In this document: piece by piece, positions 10,053 through 19,467 of the stretch
Layout of the letters: each line of letters opens with the position of its first letter
Numbering within the stretch: the first letter of the stretch is position 1
NCBI GenBank assembly: GCA_965247355.1
Contig: OZ252011.1
Location: 3,113,397-3,177,396, forward strand
Direction of reading: 5' to 3'
DNA: 64,000 nucleotides
Source of the DNA: Balneolaceae bacterium
Lineage (GTDB): Bacteria; Bacteroidota; Rhodothermia; Balneolales; Balneolaceae
Position numbers and translations under genes: made by a program
The notes under the pieces: generated by a model
What the model saw: the letters and a program-made list of their open reading frames with translations, nothing else
Databases searched by the model: none
What the model was told of the DNA's origin: nothing

Positions 10053-10156
10053 AGGTAATTGAATCGTTTTGCTTCTCCAAACTCAAACAAAGCTCAATTC
10101 ATTCTCCAAAAATCACTAACTTCGCGCATCTGAAACTGCTGACGGAACACAACTAC

Positions 10157-11257
10157 ATGCTTAATAAAACTCCATTCCATTCCATCCATGAAAAGCTGGG
10201 TGGTAAATTGGTCGACTTTGCCGGGTTCGAGATGCCGGTACAATATAAAGGGATAAAAACGGAACACGCTGCCGTTCGTGAAGCGGTCGGTGTTTTCGAC
10301 GTATCTCACATGGGAGAATTTTGTATAAGCGGACCAGAAGCGCTCGAACTTATTCAAAAAGTGACAGTCAACGATGTTTCTAAACTAGTATCAGGAAAAG
10401 CACAGTACTCCTGCATGTGTTATGAAGATGGCGGTATTGTTGACGACCTGATTGTGTACAAGCTGTATGAAGAAAATCAGTACATCCTGGTTGTTAACGC
10501 ATCCAATATTAATAAAGATTTAGCCTGGATTAATCAGAATAATACCTTTGATGTGGAAGTACATGATAACTCTCCGGACACCGCATTGCTTGCTGTGCAA
10601 GGTCCTAAATCGGTAGAAACACTTCAAAAGCTTACGGATCTGGATTTAAGCAGTATCGGATTTTATAGTTTTAAAATGGGCTCATTAGCGGGAATGGATA
10701 ACATTGTTTTTTCAGCAACGGGCTACACTGGCGAAAAAGGTTTTGAGTTATATTTTGATAAGAATCATGTGGACCCGGAAGCAGTTTGGGATGCAATTTT
10801 TAAAGCCGGCGAAGAATTTGGTATCGAAGCATGTGGACTTGGAGCCCGCGATACCTTACGTTTAGAGATGGGGTACGCACTGTATGGCAACGACATCACC
10901 AAAGAAACTCATCCACTGGAAGCACGTTTAGGATGGATTACTAAATTTGATAAAGATGATTTTGTGGGTAAAGAGGTACTTCTCAAAAAGAAAGAAGCAG
11001 GAATTGCTCGACAATTAGTAGGTTTTGTGTTGGATGACCAGCGCTCAATCCCAAGAAACGGGTACCAGATTATGAATGAAGACGGGGAACATATCGGGGA
11101 AGTTACCAGCGGAACAATGTCCATAACTTTAGGTAAAGGAATAGGGATGGGATATGTGGAGAAAGCCTATGCGGCTGAAGGCTCTGCAATTAATATCGCT
11201 ATTCGTAAAAAAACTGCGGCGGCTGTTGTATCGAAACCGCCCTTCATAAAGAAATAA
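10157..11257 (+). CDS. gcvT: Glycine cleavage system aminomethyltransferase T
   Basis: 366 aa. TPFHSIHEKLGGKLVDFAGFEMPVQY, VGVFDVSHMGEF, LAVQGPKS and TGYTGEKGFEL are hallmark GcvT segments. Confidence 0.92.
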   Translation: MLNKTPFHSIHEKLGGKLVDFAGFEMPVQYKGIKTEHAAVREAVGVFDVSHMGEFCISGPEALELIQKVTVNDVSKLVSGKAQYSCMCYEDGGIVDDLIVYKLYEENQYILVVNASNINKDLAWINQNNTFDVEVHDNSPDTALLAVQGPKSVETLQKLTDLDLSSIGFYSFKMGSLAGMDNIVFSATGYTGEKGFELYFDKNHVDPEAVWDAIFKAGEEFGIEACGLGARDTLRLEMGYALYGNDITKETHPLEARLGWITKFDKDDFVGKEVLLKKKEAGIARQLVGFVLDDQRSIPRNGYQIMNEDGEHIGEVTSGTMSITLGKGIGMGYVEKAYAAEGSAINIAIRKKTAAAVVSKPPFIKK

Positions 11258-11267
11258 AGAGAGTTTA

Positions 11268-12005
11268 ATGCCGGATTTAAGTTACATAGATGTTTTCTTT
11301 TCAGTGCAGGCTTACCAGGAGGAAGACCTTCGCGGAAAGAGTGCTGTGATTATCGATATTTTAAGAGCTTCTTCAAGTATCGTTACCGCTGTGCATAATG
11401 GTGCAAAGAAAGTGATCCCCGTTGAGGATATGAGTGATGCTATGAAAATCGCCCGAACTATGGATCAAAATGACTTTCTTCTTTGTGGGGAAAAAGATGG
11501 GGTGAAGATTGAGGGTTACCATTTAGGGAATTCACCTCAGGAATACACCAAAGAAACGGTAGGTGATAAAACGTTGATCATCAATACTACCAATGGTACG
11601 AAAGCAATAAAAAAAGCGAATCTGGCAAACCGAATTTATATCGGTTCATTTTTGAATCAGAAAAGTATTCTTGACGCCCTTGCAGAACATGATGACGAAG
11701 TAGTTCTGATTTGCTCAGGCTGGCGTGGACGTCTTGCGCTGGAAGACACAATGTTTGCAGGTTCTTTGATTCACAAATTGTGTAATGGTAACCTGCCGGA
11801 TAAAACCAAAGACGGCGCTAAAGTAGCATTTGGTTTGTACGAAAAATTTGGGGATGCTTTGGAAGAGACTATCCAAAAAAGTGATCATGCGTATCGCCTG
11901 CGAAATCTGGTACCCGAAGACGATGTGCCTTTTTGCTGTCAGGTCGATAAATTTGACGTACTACCGGGAATGAAAGACGGAATTATTACCAACTTAAATG
12001 GCTAA
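11268..12005 (+). CDS. comB: 2-phosphosulfolactate phosphatase
   Basis: 245 aa. VIIDILRASSSIVTAVHNGAKKVIPV ... LCGEKDGVKIEGYHLGNSP ... TTNGTKAI match the ComB family pattern. Confidence 0.8.
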   Translation: MPDLSYIDVFFSVQAYQEEDLRGKSAVIIDILRASSSIVTAVHNGAKKVIPVEDMSDAMKIARTMDQNDFLLCGEKDGVKIEGYHLGNSPQEYTKETVGDKTLIINTTNGTKAIKKANLANRIYIGSFLNQKSILDALAEHDDEVVLICSGWRGRLALEDTMFAGSLIHKLCNGNLPDKTKDGAKVAFGLYEKFGDALEETIQKSDHAYRLRNLVPEDDVPFCCQVDKFDVLPGMKDGIITNLNG

Positions 12006-14544
12006 GAAGAAACTTAATACAGCAGGAGCACCAAAAGGACTGGATTCTAACCGTAAGGTTGAGATCGTTGGGATTATTGTAATTGCCATTGCCATACTGC
12101 TGGGATTGAGTATTCTTTCTTATACCCCTGAAGATTATCAATACGCACGAAGTCTGGCGTTTTCGGATCTTTTTAACCCGGACGCCAATTCCCGTCTGGT
12201 GCAAAACTGGCTGGGTCCTGTTGGGGCATATATTTCTCATTTTTTAGTGTACACCCTGTTTGGCTACACGAGTTTTCTTCTGGCTGTTCTGATTGGATAT
12301 AACGGCTGGCATGTATTTCGTCGTCGACCATTTAATGATAATGGCTGGCTGAATATCCTCTCTGTTTGGGGGATGATTCTCCTTTCTACCTTCATTGGCT
12401 GGCTAAACCAAAATGCTGATTTCCCTGATGATTCTGTATGGAGCGGTGCTGCCGGGGTTGCGATTTCAAGAGTGCTCCAAAATATTACGGGTATTGGTTC
12501 CATCTTTATTCTTTCGGTATTGATGCTGGTTACCCTACTGTTATTTTGGGATCGTGATCTTCAAAAAACCATCGATAATGTGAAAATCTGGATGGATAAT
12601 ATGCGGGAGAAAATGGAAGAGTCCCGTATCGCCAGAGAGGAAAAGAAGGCACAACGTATCGCAGAACGGGAAGAACGAATCGCTGAAAAGAAAGCGGAGC
12701 TGGCACTCAAGAAGGAAGAAAAGGAATCCGAGCAAGCAGAGAAAGAACGAAATGCTAAAATCAAAAAGCGCCAGATAGCGGAGGCAAAAACCAAAGAAGA
12801 AGCGGTTAAGCCAAAGCCAAGTATCGATGAGATTGTAGAGAAATCAGAGGAAGAAGACAGAAAGCGAATCGAAGAAGAAAGGGCTGTGGTTAAGACATTG
12901 GATACACGTCAACGTGCAGTACTGGAGAAGAAGGAAGAGATTTCGGAAGATGAGGCTGAAGACGATGTAGAAGTTGCCATTTATAAAGGCGAAGGTGATG
13001 AAGAGGCCGGTGAAAAGGATCTGGATAAAATCAACGAAGACAAGGCGAAGGAAGTCCCGGTCATCAAGTATAAATTCCCAACTATTGATCTGCTTACCTC
13101 TCCTCCAAACGAAGGAAATGAAGTTGACCTGGAGGAAATCAAAGAAAACAAGCGCATTATTCTTGACAAACTGAAGCGCCACAAAATTGAGATTGTGGGC
13201 ATCAATGCTATTGTTGGACCAACGGTTACATTGTATGAACTGGAACCGGCTCCGGATGTGAAAATCAGTAAGATTGAGAGTTACTCCAATGACTTGAAGA
13301 TGGCAACGGCTTCGAAAGGATTGCGGATGCTCTCTCCTATTCCGGGGAAATCTGCAGTTGGGATTGAAGTACCAAACAGTACACGGGAAACGGTTTATAT
13401 CAAACAGGTCATCAATACTAAGAAGTTTGTAGAAACCAATATGGTACTTCCGGTGGCATTTGGTAAGACCATTGAGAATGAAGTGTTTATGCTCGATCTC
13501 ACCAAGATGCCTCACTTGCTGGTAGCCGGAGCAACAGGTTCAGGTAAATCAGTTGGGATAAATACCATCATCACCTGTCTGTTATACAAATGTCACCCGG
13601 ATGATCTCAAGTTTGTGATGATTGATCCCAAGAAAATCGAACTATCACTCTATCGAAATATCCAGAATCATTTTCTGGCGATGTTACCCGATGCCGATGA
13701 ACCTATCATAACCGATACATCTAAGGCACTCGATACGCTGAATAGTGTGTGTAAAGAAATGGATGATCGATATGATCTTCTCAAAATGGCTATGGTACGG
13801 GACATTAAAGCATATAATGCCAAATTTAAAGACGGAGAACTGGAAGACGATTTGGGTCACCGTCATCTCCCTTACATTGTTGTAATCATCGATGAGTTGG
13901 CTGATTTGATGATGACGGCAGGAAAACAAATTGAAGAGCCAATAGCACGTATTGCTCAACTGGCACGAGCGGTTGGAATCCATATGGTAGTGGCAACTCA
14001 GCGACCTTCAGTAAACGTAATTACGGGTACCATCAAAGCAAACTTCCCGGCACGTGCAGCCTATCAGGTAGCATCTAAAGTAGATTCCAGAACTATTCTG
14101 GATCAGGGTGGAGCGGATCAGTTGGTAGGAATGGGTGATATGCTATTCACGAATGGTGCTGGTATGACCCGAATCCAAAATGCTTTTGTTTCTACCGAAG
14201 AAGTGGAATCCATAAACGCATTTATTGGTCAGCAGGCAGGATACAAAGAGCCATTTCACTTGCCAATTATTCAGGAAGATAATACCGGCATCCCCGATCC
14301 GTTAGAAGACATAGACGAAATGTTTGAAGCAGCAGCCAAAGTGGTGATACTTCATCAACAAGGTTCGGTTTCCCTCCTTCAGCGAAAACTGAAAATCGGA
14401 TATAACCGGGCTGGAAGAATTATAGATCAATTATTTAATGCAGGGATTGTTGGACCATATCAAGGGAGTACCGCACGAGATGTACTTATTCAGGAAGAGG
14501 ATGAACTACAGGAGATTCTGGATGGGCTTAAAGACCTCAATTAA
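11998..14544 (+). CDS. ftsK: DNA translocase FtsK
   Basis: 848 aa. It has N-terminal TM helices, a long charged linker, a motor domain with Walker A GATGSGKSV and Walker B VVIIDELADL, and a gamma winged-helix (SVSLLQRKLKIGYNRAGRIIDQL). It overlaps the comB stop by 8 nt. Confidence 0.92.
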   Translation: MAKKKLNTAGAPKGLDSNRKVEIVGIIVIAIAILLGLSILSYTPEDYQYARSLAFSDLFNPDANSRLVQNWLGPVGAYISHFLVYTLFGYTSFLLAVLIGYNGWHVFRRRPFNDNGWLNILSVWGMILLSTFIGWLNQNADFPDDSVWSGAAGVAISRVLQNITGIGSIFILSVLMLVTLLLFWDRDLQKTIDNVKIWMDNMREKMEESRIAREEKKAQRIAEREERIAEKKAELALKKEEKESEQAEKERNAKIKKRQIAEAKTKEEAVKPKPSIDEIVEKSEEEDRKRIEEERAVVKTLDTRQRAVLEKKEEISEDEAEDDVEVAIYKGEGDEEAGEKDLDKINEDKAKEVPVIKYKFPTIDLLTSPPNEGNEVDLEEIKENKRIILDKLKRHKIEIVGINAIVGPTVTLYELEPAPDVKISKIESYSNDLKMATASKGLRMLSPIPGKSAVGIEVPNSTRETVYIKQVINTKKFVETNMVLPVAFGKTIENEVFMLDLTKMPHLLVAGATGSGKSVGINTIITCLLYKCHPDDLKFVMIDPKKIELSLYRNIQNHFLAMLPDADEPIITDTSKALDTLNSVCKEMDDRYDLLKMAMVRDIKAYNAKFKDGELEDDLGHRHLPYIVVIIDELADLMMTAGKQIEEPIARIAQLARAVGIHMVVATQRPSVNVITGTIKANFPARAAYQVASKVDSRTILDQGGADQLVGMGDMLFTNGAGMTRIQNAFVSTEEVESINAFIGQQAGYKEPFHLPIIQEDNTGIPDPLEDIDEMFEAAAKVVILHQQGSVSLLQRKLKIGYNRAGRIIDQLFNAGIVGPYQGSTARDVLIQEEDELQEILDGLKDLN

Positions 14545-15151
14545 ATTCAGTTTATTTTTGGTATTTATTGGATTGACTTCCATTTCACAGAATCTACAAG
14601 CCCAAAGCCGTGTTTTTGAAGAATTAAAAACCCGGTTTCAGGAAGGTTCTGTATTCCATGCCGATTTTCAGCACACTTATACAGATGCGTATACCGATGA
14701 AACATCTACTTCTGATGGCTTAATCTGGATTGATCAGAATGGATACAAACTGGAAAGTGAAGACAAAATTATTGTGGTGGATGGCGAACTCTCGCAGGTA
14801 TACGAGGCTTTCCGGAACCGTCTTATTGTGAGTGAATATGATGCCGAGGAGGATGATTTTGCTCCATCAAGAATGTTAAGTGGTTTAGATGATACTTATT
14901 CAGCCAATCAGGAAAGACTTGCTAGTGGAAACACATTAGTGAAGCTGGTTACTGAAGATGATTTTGCAACTTTTCTCACCGTAGAAATTGAAGTGAGCCC
15001 GAATCTCGAACCGCTAAAAATAACAGCATACGATTTCGCAGATAACATAATCATCACTACCTTTACAAACGGTAGATTCGAAACAAGTACCGAAGACACT
15101 TTTAAACTAGATGTTCCGGAAGACGCGGAAATTGTCGATATGAGATTTTAA
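14522..15151 (+). CDS. lolA: LolA-like outer-membrane lipoprotein carrier protein
   Basis: I prefer the ATG at 14522 because of its signal peptide (MGLKTSIKFSLFLVFIGLTSISQNLQA). It is in frame with track ORF 14438..15151. The position directly after ftsK matches the widespread ftsK-lolA synteny. The sequence-level family match was judged by eye only. Confidence 0.6.
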   Translation: MGLKTSIKFSLFLVFIGLTSISQNLQAQSRVFEELKTRFQEGSVFHADFQHTYTDAYTDETSTSDGLIWIDQNGYKLESEDKIIVVDGELSQVYEAFRNRLIVSEYDAEEDDFAPSRMLSGLDDTYSANQERLASGNTLVKLVTEDDFATFLTVEIEVSPNLEPLKITAYDFADNIIITTFTNGRFETSTEDTFKLDVPEDAEIVDMRF

Positions 15152-15156
15152 TTCCG

Positions 15157-16170
15157 ATGAACAAATTCCTTAAAATTTTTGCTAGTGTTGCTTTTGCAGC
15201 ACTTTTTTTGTGGCTGGCTTTCAGGAATGTAGAGTTTTCGGAAATCCTCGAAGCTTCAAGGGGGATGTCTTACGGCTGGCTGTTTCCATTTACTTTTTCA
15301 TTGATCATTGCTCATTATACCCGGGCCGAACGTTGGAGAATGTTATTTAACGACGGAGGAGCAGTCCCTCATCGATGGACCTTATTCACCGGAGTAATGT
15401 TTGGTTATCTTACCAACATTCCATTTCCAAGATTGGGAGAAGTAGCCCGGCCTGTTTATGTAGCCCGTCAAATTAGTGAGAGCAATTCTAAAATTATTGG
15501 CACGATTGTACTCGAAAGACTGATTGATGTGGTAAGTATGTTGCTGATCATGGCTGTAGTCGGTATTACGCTTGTTTCCGATCCGGAAGTGTTGTCACGA
15601 TTATTTGGAGTGGATGTAACCGACCCGGAAGTATATACATCTATTTTAAAATGGCTGTTGATTGGATCGATAGTGGCTGCAATTGTTGGCTTTATTTTCT
15701 TTAAAGTGATCGCGAACCTGAGCAAGAAAAAAGGGAAGCTTGGCGATTTCATTACCAAGGTTCGTGAAACCGCCCGCAGCTTTTTTCAGGGAATTCTTTC
15801 CATCCGGAAACTTAAAAACTGGCCTTTATTTATTCTATATACCATCATCATCTGGGTATTCTACATTTTGATGATGTACCTCCCCTTCTGGATGTTCGAC
15901 ATGCAAAACATCTATGATCTCTCTTTTACTGATGCTATTGTGCTCACAATGGTTTCTGCAGTAGGAATCTCTATACCAACCCCGGGTGGTGTAGGTAGTT
16001 ATCATTTATTCATCACGTACAGTCTGTTTGTACTTTATGCTGTCCCCGAAGTAACCGGACTAGCTTTTGCAACCATCACGCATGCCGTTACCTTGTTGCT
16101 TGTGATTATTATCGCCCCAATCTGTTTAGCGATAGATAAGTTTGTGGTTTTGAAGAGAGAGGCGAAATAG
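15157..16170 (+). CDS. Flippase-like / lysylphosphatidylglycerol-synthase TM-region family (UPF0104) membrane protein
   Basis: 337 aa and polytopic. The N-terminus (FASVAFAALFLWLAFRNVEF...) and overall topology are typical of UPF0104. Confidence 0.6.
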   Translation: MNKFLKIFASVAFAALFLWLAFRNVEFSEILEASRGMSYGWLFPFTFSLIIAHYTRAERWRMLFNDGGAVPHRWTLFTGVMFGYLTNIPFPRLGEVARPVYVARQISESNSKIIGTIVLERLIDVVSMLLIMAVVGITLVSDPEVLSRLFGVDVTDPEVYTSILKWLLIGSIVAAIVGFIFFKVIANLSKKKGKLGDFITKVRETARSFFQGILSIRKLKNWPLFILYTIIIWVFYILMMYLPFWMFDMQNIYDLSFTDAIVLTMVSAVGISIPTPGGVGSYHLFITYSLFVLYAVPEVTGLAFATITHAVTLLLVIIIAPICLAIDKFVVLKREAK

Positions 16171-16232
16171 CAATAAAGATAATTGCTTCCTCTGGTTAAA
16201 TACATTTTCTTAAGGTTAGTTGGAGGTAACTT

Positions 16233-17366
16233 ATGTCTTTAAAAAATTTTAGTGTACTTGGTTTAGTTCTATTCCTATTTTGTTTAACAGGTTGCAACAT
16301 CACCGATAATGAAAGACCCAATTCCAAGCCTGTAGGAAACGATTTTAAACTAGTAGCTCATATAGGTAACAACCCCCCTGGTTTTTGGATATTTAACACA
16401 GACTCTCTCACAGTCATTGATTCCATATATACTCAAGAAGAAAGAATTGGGTATATAGATGTAGACTCAAATAAAGAAAGTATTTATTGGATAGATGGAA
16501 TTGTTCAAAAAAAAATAAACACATATAATTTAACTAGTAAATCTAAGTCTGCGGTTAATACAAGAGGAATAAATTTAAAAGTAAGTAGTGATGGAGAATA
16601 CATTTTAACCTACAAAAATTACGAACCCGGACTTTCTGAAATCTATGATTCTGAAGATATGAATATTGTAGCGTCAGATTCATTAGGAAGGTTTTTGGAT
16701 GTTTTTACCATACCTGATACACCAATATTTTATGCAGTTGTGTTCAAAGAAGAAGGTGAATCACAACAGAGTAAATTAGTTTCTTTAAATCAAGAAAATT
16801 TACAGATTGAGAATGAAGTTTTATTAGATTTTATAAGTTTTTCGCGTGTTTATGACATGGGATTATCACATGATGCTAAATACTTTTTCTTATCTAATAC
16901 AGATAGGTCGGGTGCATTTGGAAATTTTGTGGTGTATGATTTAGAAGCAAGAGCAAAAGTTAGTGAATTTGAAACAGGACCTTACCCTACGTTTTCTATT
17001 AGTCCGGATGGAGAGAATATTTACATAACATCAAGAAGAAGCGTAAACGAAATTACGCCCAAAAAAATACAAGTTCTTCATTACGATACAATTGATAAAC
17101 ATATCGAAATTATTATAGATGACCCCGCAGAAATAGGACTCGAAGGACAATATGTTGAAAGTGAGCATATTTTAGTTAGTCCAGATGGCAAATCGATTTA
17201 TCTGGCTCCGGGGAATAAAGATATGGCTACAGGTAAATACTCCAATATCTTGCAATTCGATGTTGAAAACAAAAGAGTGGTTAATAGTTATGAGATACCT
17301 CGGGATTCATTAGGTCGCTATTCTACTTTTTTATTAAATATGGGGTTAGTTGAGACTGAGAATTAA
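16233..17366 (+). CDS. Beta-propeller (YVTN/YncE-like repeat) lipoprotein; strongly AT-rich gene
   Basis: 377 aa with lipobox LFCLTGC. It has repeated xSxDGxxIYxx strands (SSDGEYILTY, SHDAKYFFLS, SPDGENIYITS, SPDGKSIYLAP). Two 100-nt hand counts gave about 24-27% GC, against about 43% for the neighbouring gene. Confidence 0.6.
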   Translation: MSLKNFSVLGLVLFLFCLTGCNITDNERPNSKPVGNDFKLVAHIGNNPPGFWIFNTDSLTVIDSIYTQEERIGYIDVDSNKESIYWIDGIVQKKINTYNLTSKSKSAVNTRGINLKVSSDGEYILTYKNYEPGLSEIYDSEDMNIVASDSLGRFLDVFTIPDTPIFYAVVFKEEGESQQSKLVSLNQENLQIENEVLLDFISFSRVYDMGLSHDAKYFFLSNTDRSGAFGNFVVYDLEARAKVSEFETGPYPTFSISPDGENIYITSRRSVNEITPKKIQVLHYDTIDKHIEIIIDDPAEIGLEGQYVESEHILVSPDGKSIYLAPGNKDMATGKYSNILQFDVENKRVVNSYEIPRDSLGRYSTFLLNMGLVETEN

Positions 17367-17541
17367 GAACATTTCGGGGCAAAAACCTGAATTCCAATTT
17401 TAATAAACAGAATAGCGCCAACAAATGGAAAGTGTCCTGAATAAAGGAACTTCTATCCACACTCGAGGTACATCTTTTTCGTTAGGTAAGGGCTTAAACC
17501 TTGCTTCAAAATTTAGTACCTTCAGCAAACCCATTTGCAAA

Positions 17542-19263
17542 ATGACGTTCCGCACAACCACGCTTATTCTATTCGCGCTGTTCTTAAGTGTTGAGATACA
17601 GGCTCAAACTACGGGAGGGAACCCTCAAAATTCCCTTCTCCCCGAAATTAATCCACAGGACATTGAAATCCGAAGCGAATTCAGGGCTCGTTTTCCGGGA
17701 CTTCGCAGGCAACCTATTTTAGGCTTCAACCCAAAGCCAAGGGTATTCAGGATTGATCCCAACCGAATGCCTTTCATGGAATCCCGTGACGAAGCTGTTG
17801 CCAACATCGCCATTACTCAACTGGATCGGCCAGAGCCTCCGCAAAGATCCATTCTCAAAACTCCGGATCGAACGACTGGTTTATTAAAGGCAGGGATTGG
17901 TAACTACCTTACTCCCGAAGTTGAAGGATATTTTTATCATGGATTGAATGATAAAAGTGCGCTGTCGGGGAATATTAATTACAGGTCTACAGATGGACAT
18001 TTAGATGACCCGGAACTTAGTAGCTTCCGTTATTTTGATGGAGACATTCGTTTTCATTCCAAAGTAAAAGAAGATGTAAAGCTTTCTGTTGGAGCTGGCT
18101 TTCTGAGCGATTTCAACCGAATGTTCAATTTAGATCCGGTTTTCCAGAATGGAATTGGTGAAACAGCCAGGAAAGATTATCTCGGATTTGGAGGAGATGT
18201 CTCCATCACCAAAACAGTAAATGCGTTAGACGGCTGGGAGCTGAATATTGGTGGAAATGCTTTCTCTGTAGACTTGGATGCAGGAAATACTACCCGGACT
18301 GGTGAAGTAAACGAACAGGTTATCAATGCCAGCTTTGACAAATACTGGGCAGGAAGTCGGTTGTATGAGACCTTCCATATAAAGGGAGCTGTTTCAGGTG
18401 GAAATTATCAGTTTACCGGGGTTGAGTCACAACAATGGCTGGATAGCCGTGCTTCCATTGAATATCGTAAGTTGTTGGATTTTAGTGCGCACATTACCGC
18501 AAACGCAGGTCTTGCTTATGTTTCTGATGGATTTTCAAATCGAATCTATTTTACCCCAGAGCTTAAACTACGGTACAATCTGAGGGATGCTGTGATTGTT
18601 ACCGGTCGTGCATTTGGCGCCCCAAATATGCAAACGGTTCTGGAGCATCATCAAACCAATCGATTCCTGAATTTCGAAACCGCACTTCAACACAGCTATA
18701 CTTCCGGAGTTTATGGTGAGGTTGCTTTTCAGGCACTGGAAGGAAACCGCATTTTTGGCGGAATCAGCTACGAGCTGACCAAAGATTACGCTTTTTACCA
18801 GCGCTCGCAACCAAATGGAGGTCTGATAAACAGCTTCGAGTTTTATGAAGTACAGTATGGGAAAGCGAATATATTTGAGTTATTTGGTGGAATTACTCAG
18901 CAATTAGTTCCGGAAAAGTTTTGGTTTGATGGTCGTTTTTACGCTCGCAGACCTAAGTTAGCCAATGCTGGAGACATTCCTTTTGAAGAGCGACTTGGGG
19001 TGAATGGTTCATTCTCATATAAGCCAATCGATAAGCTTAAAATTACCAGTTGGGCTGAATATGTAGGCAAACGAACAGCTCCTTCCTCAACCAATGATTT
19101 AAAAGCCTTTTTGCTGTTAAATGCTGGTGCTGAGTACCAAATTACCAATAGATTTGGTGTTTATGTGAAAGTGTTGAATATTTTGGGGCAGAACTACGAA
19201 ATTTGGGAGGGTTATCAGGAACGACCACTGCAGGCCTTCGGAGGATTAACGCTAAAATTCTAA
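17542..19263 (+). CDS. Outer-membrane beta-barrel protein, TonB-dependent-receptor-like barrel without a recognisable plug domain
   Basis: I prefer the ATG at 17542 because of its signal peptide (MTFRTTTLILFALFLSVEIQAQ). It is in frame with track ORF 17425..19263. There is alternating beta-strand periodicity throughout. The C-terminus ...LQAFGGLTLKF is a typical OMP terminal signature. It is too short (573 aa) for plug plus 22-strand barrel. Confidence 0.6.
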   Translation: MTFRTTTLILFALFLSVEIQAQTTGGNPQNSLLPEINPQDIEIRSEFRARFPGLRRQPILGFNPKPRVFRIDPNRMPFMESRDEAVANIAITQLDRPEPPQRSILKTPDRTTGLLKAGIGNYLTPEVEGYFYHGLNDKSALSGNINYRSTDGHLDDPELSSFRYFDGDIRFHSKVKEDVKLSVGAGFLSDFNRMFNLDPVFQNGIGETARKDYLGFGGDVSITKTVNALDGWELNIGGNAFSVDLDAGNTTRTGEVNEQVINASFDKYWAGSRLYETFHIKGAVSGGNYQFTGVESQQWLDSRASIEYRKLLDFSAHITANAGLAYVSDGFSNRIYFTPELKLRYNLRDAVIVTGRAFGAPNMQTVLEHHQTNRFLNFETALQHSYTSGVYGEVAFQALEGNRIFGGISYELTKDYAFYQRSQPNGGLINSFEFYEVQYGKANIFELFGGITQQLVPEKFWFDGRFYARRPKLANAGDIPFEERLGVNGSFSYKPIDKLKITSWAEYVGKRTAPSSTNDLKAFLLLNAGAEYQITNRFGVYVKVLNILGQNYEIWEGYQERPLQAFGGLTLKF

Positions 19264-19266
19264 ACT

Positions 19267-19464
19267 ATGACGAAAGATTTTTTAAAGGCTTTTGGGATTG
19301 TAATACGAGATCAGATCATCATGAAAAATTCGGTGGAAATATCGGGGCTCGGTTCGTTCAAGGCGGTACATCATAGCCAGAAACAGGAGAAAAAAGCGGA
19401 TGGAAAAACTGTGATGCTCCCTCCTAAAGACGCCATCGAGTTTACAGCTGAACAAAAGGGGTAA
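19267..19464 (+). CDS. Small HU-like (HU/CCDC81-type) domain protein
   Basis: 65 aa. SVEISGLGSFKAVHHSQKQEKKADGKTVMLPPKDAIEFTA resembles the beta-arm half of the HU fold. It lies 3 nt after the upstream barrel gene and in the same frame as the next ORF. Confidence 0.5.
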   Translation: MTKDFLKAFGIVIRDQIIMKNSVEISGLGSFKAVHHSQKQEKKADGKTVMLPPKDAIEFTAEQKG

Positions 19465-19467
19465 TCA

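Noticed and set aside
10053-10156. A possible glycine riboswitch in the 104-bp leader of gcvT.
   Set aside because: I looked for the conserved glycine-aptamer core (GGAGAG ... CACCGAAGGGGCAA-type segments) on the + strand and found none. The spacer is AT-rich and too short for the usual tandem aptamers. A covariance-model scan would be the decisive test.
12844-13515. A 223-aa minus-strand ORF, plus 12561..12794, 12541..12735 and 12981..13205, lying inside ftsK.
   Set aside because: These ORFs are antisense to the clearly conserved FtsK frame in its purine-rich charged linker, where stop codons are depleted on the opposite strand. Their products are low-complexity F/L/S/I-rich strings with no motifs.
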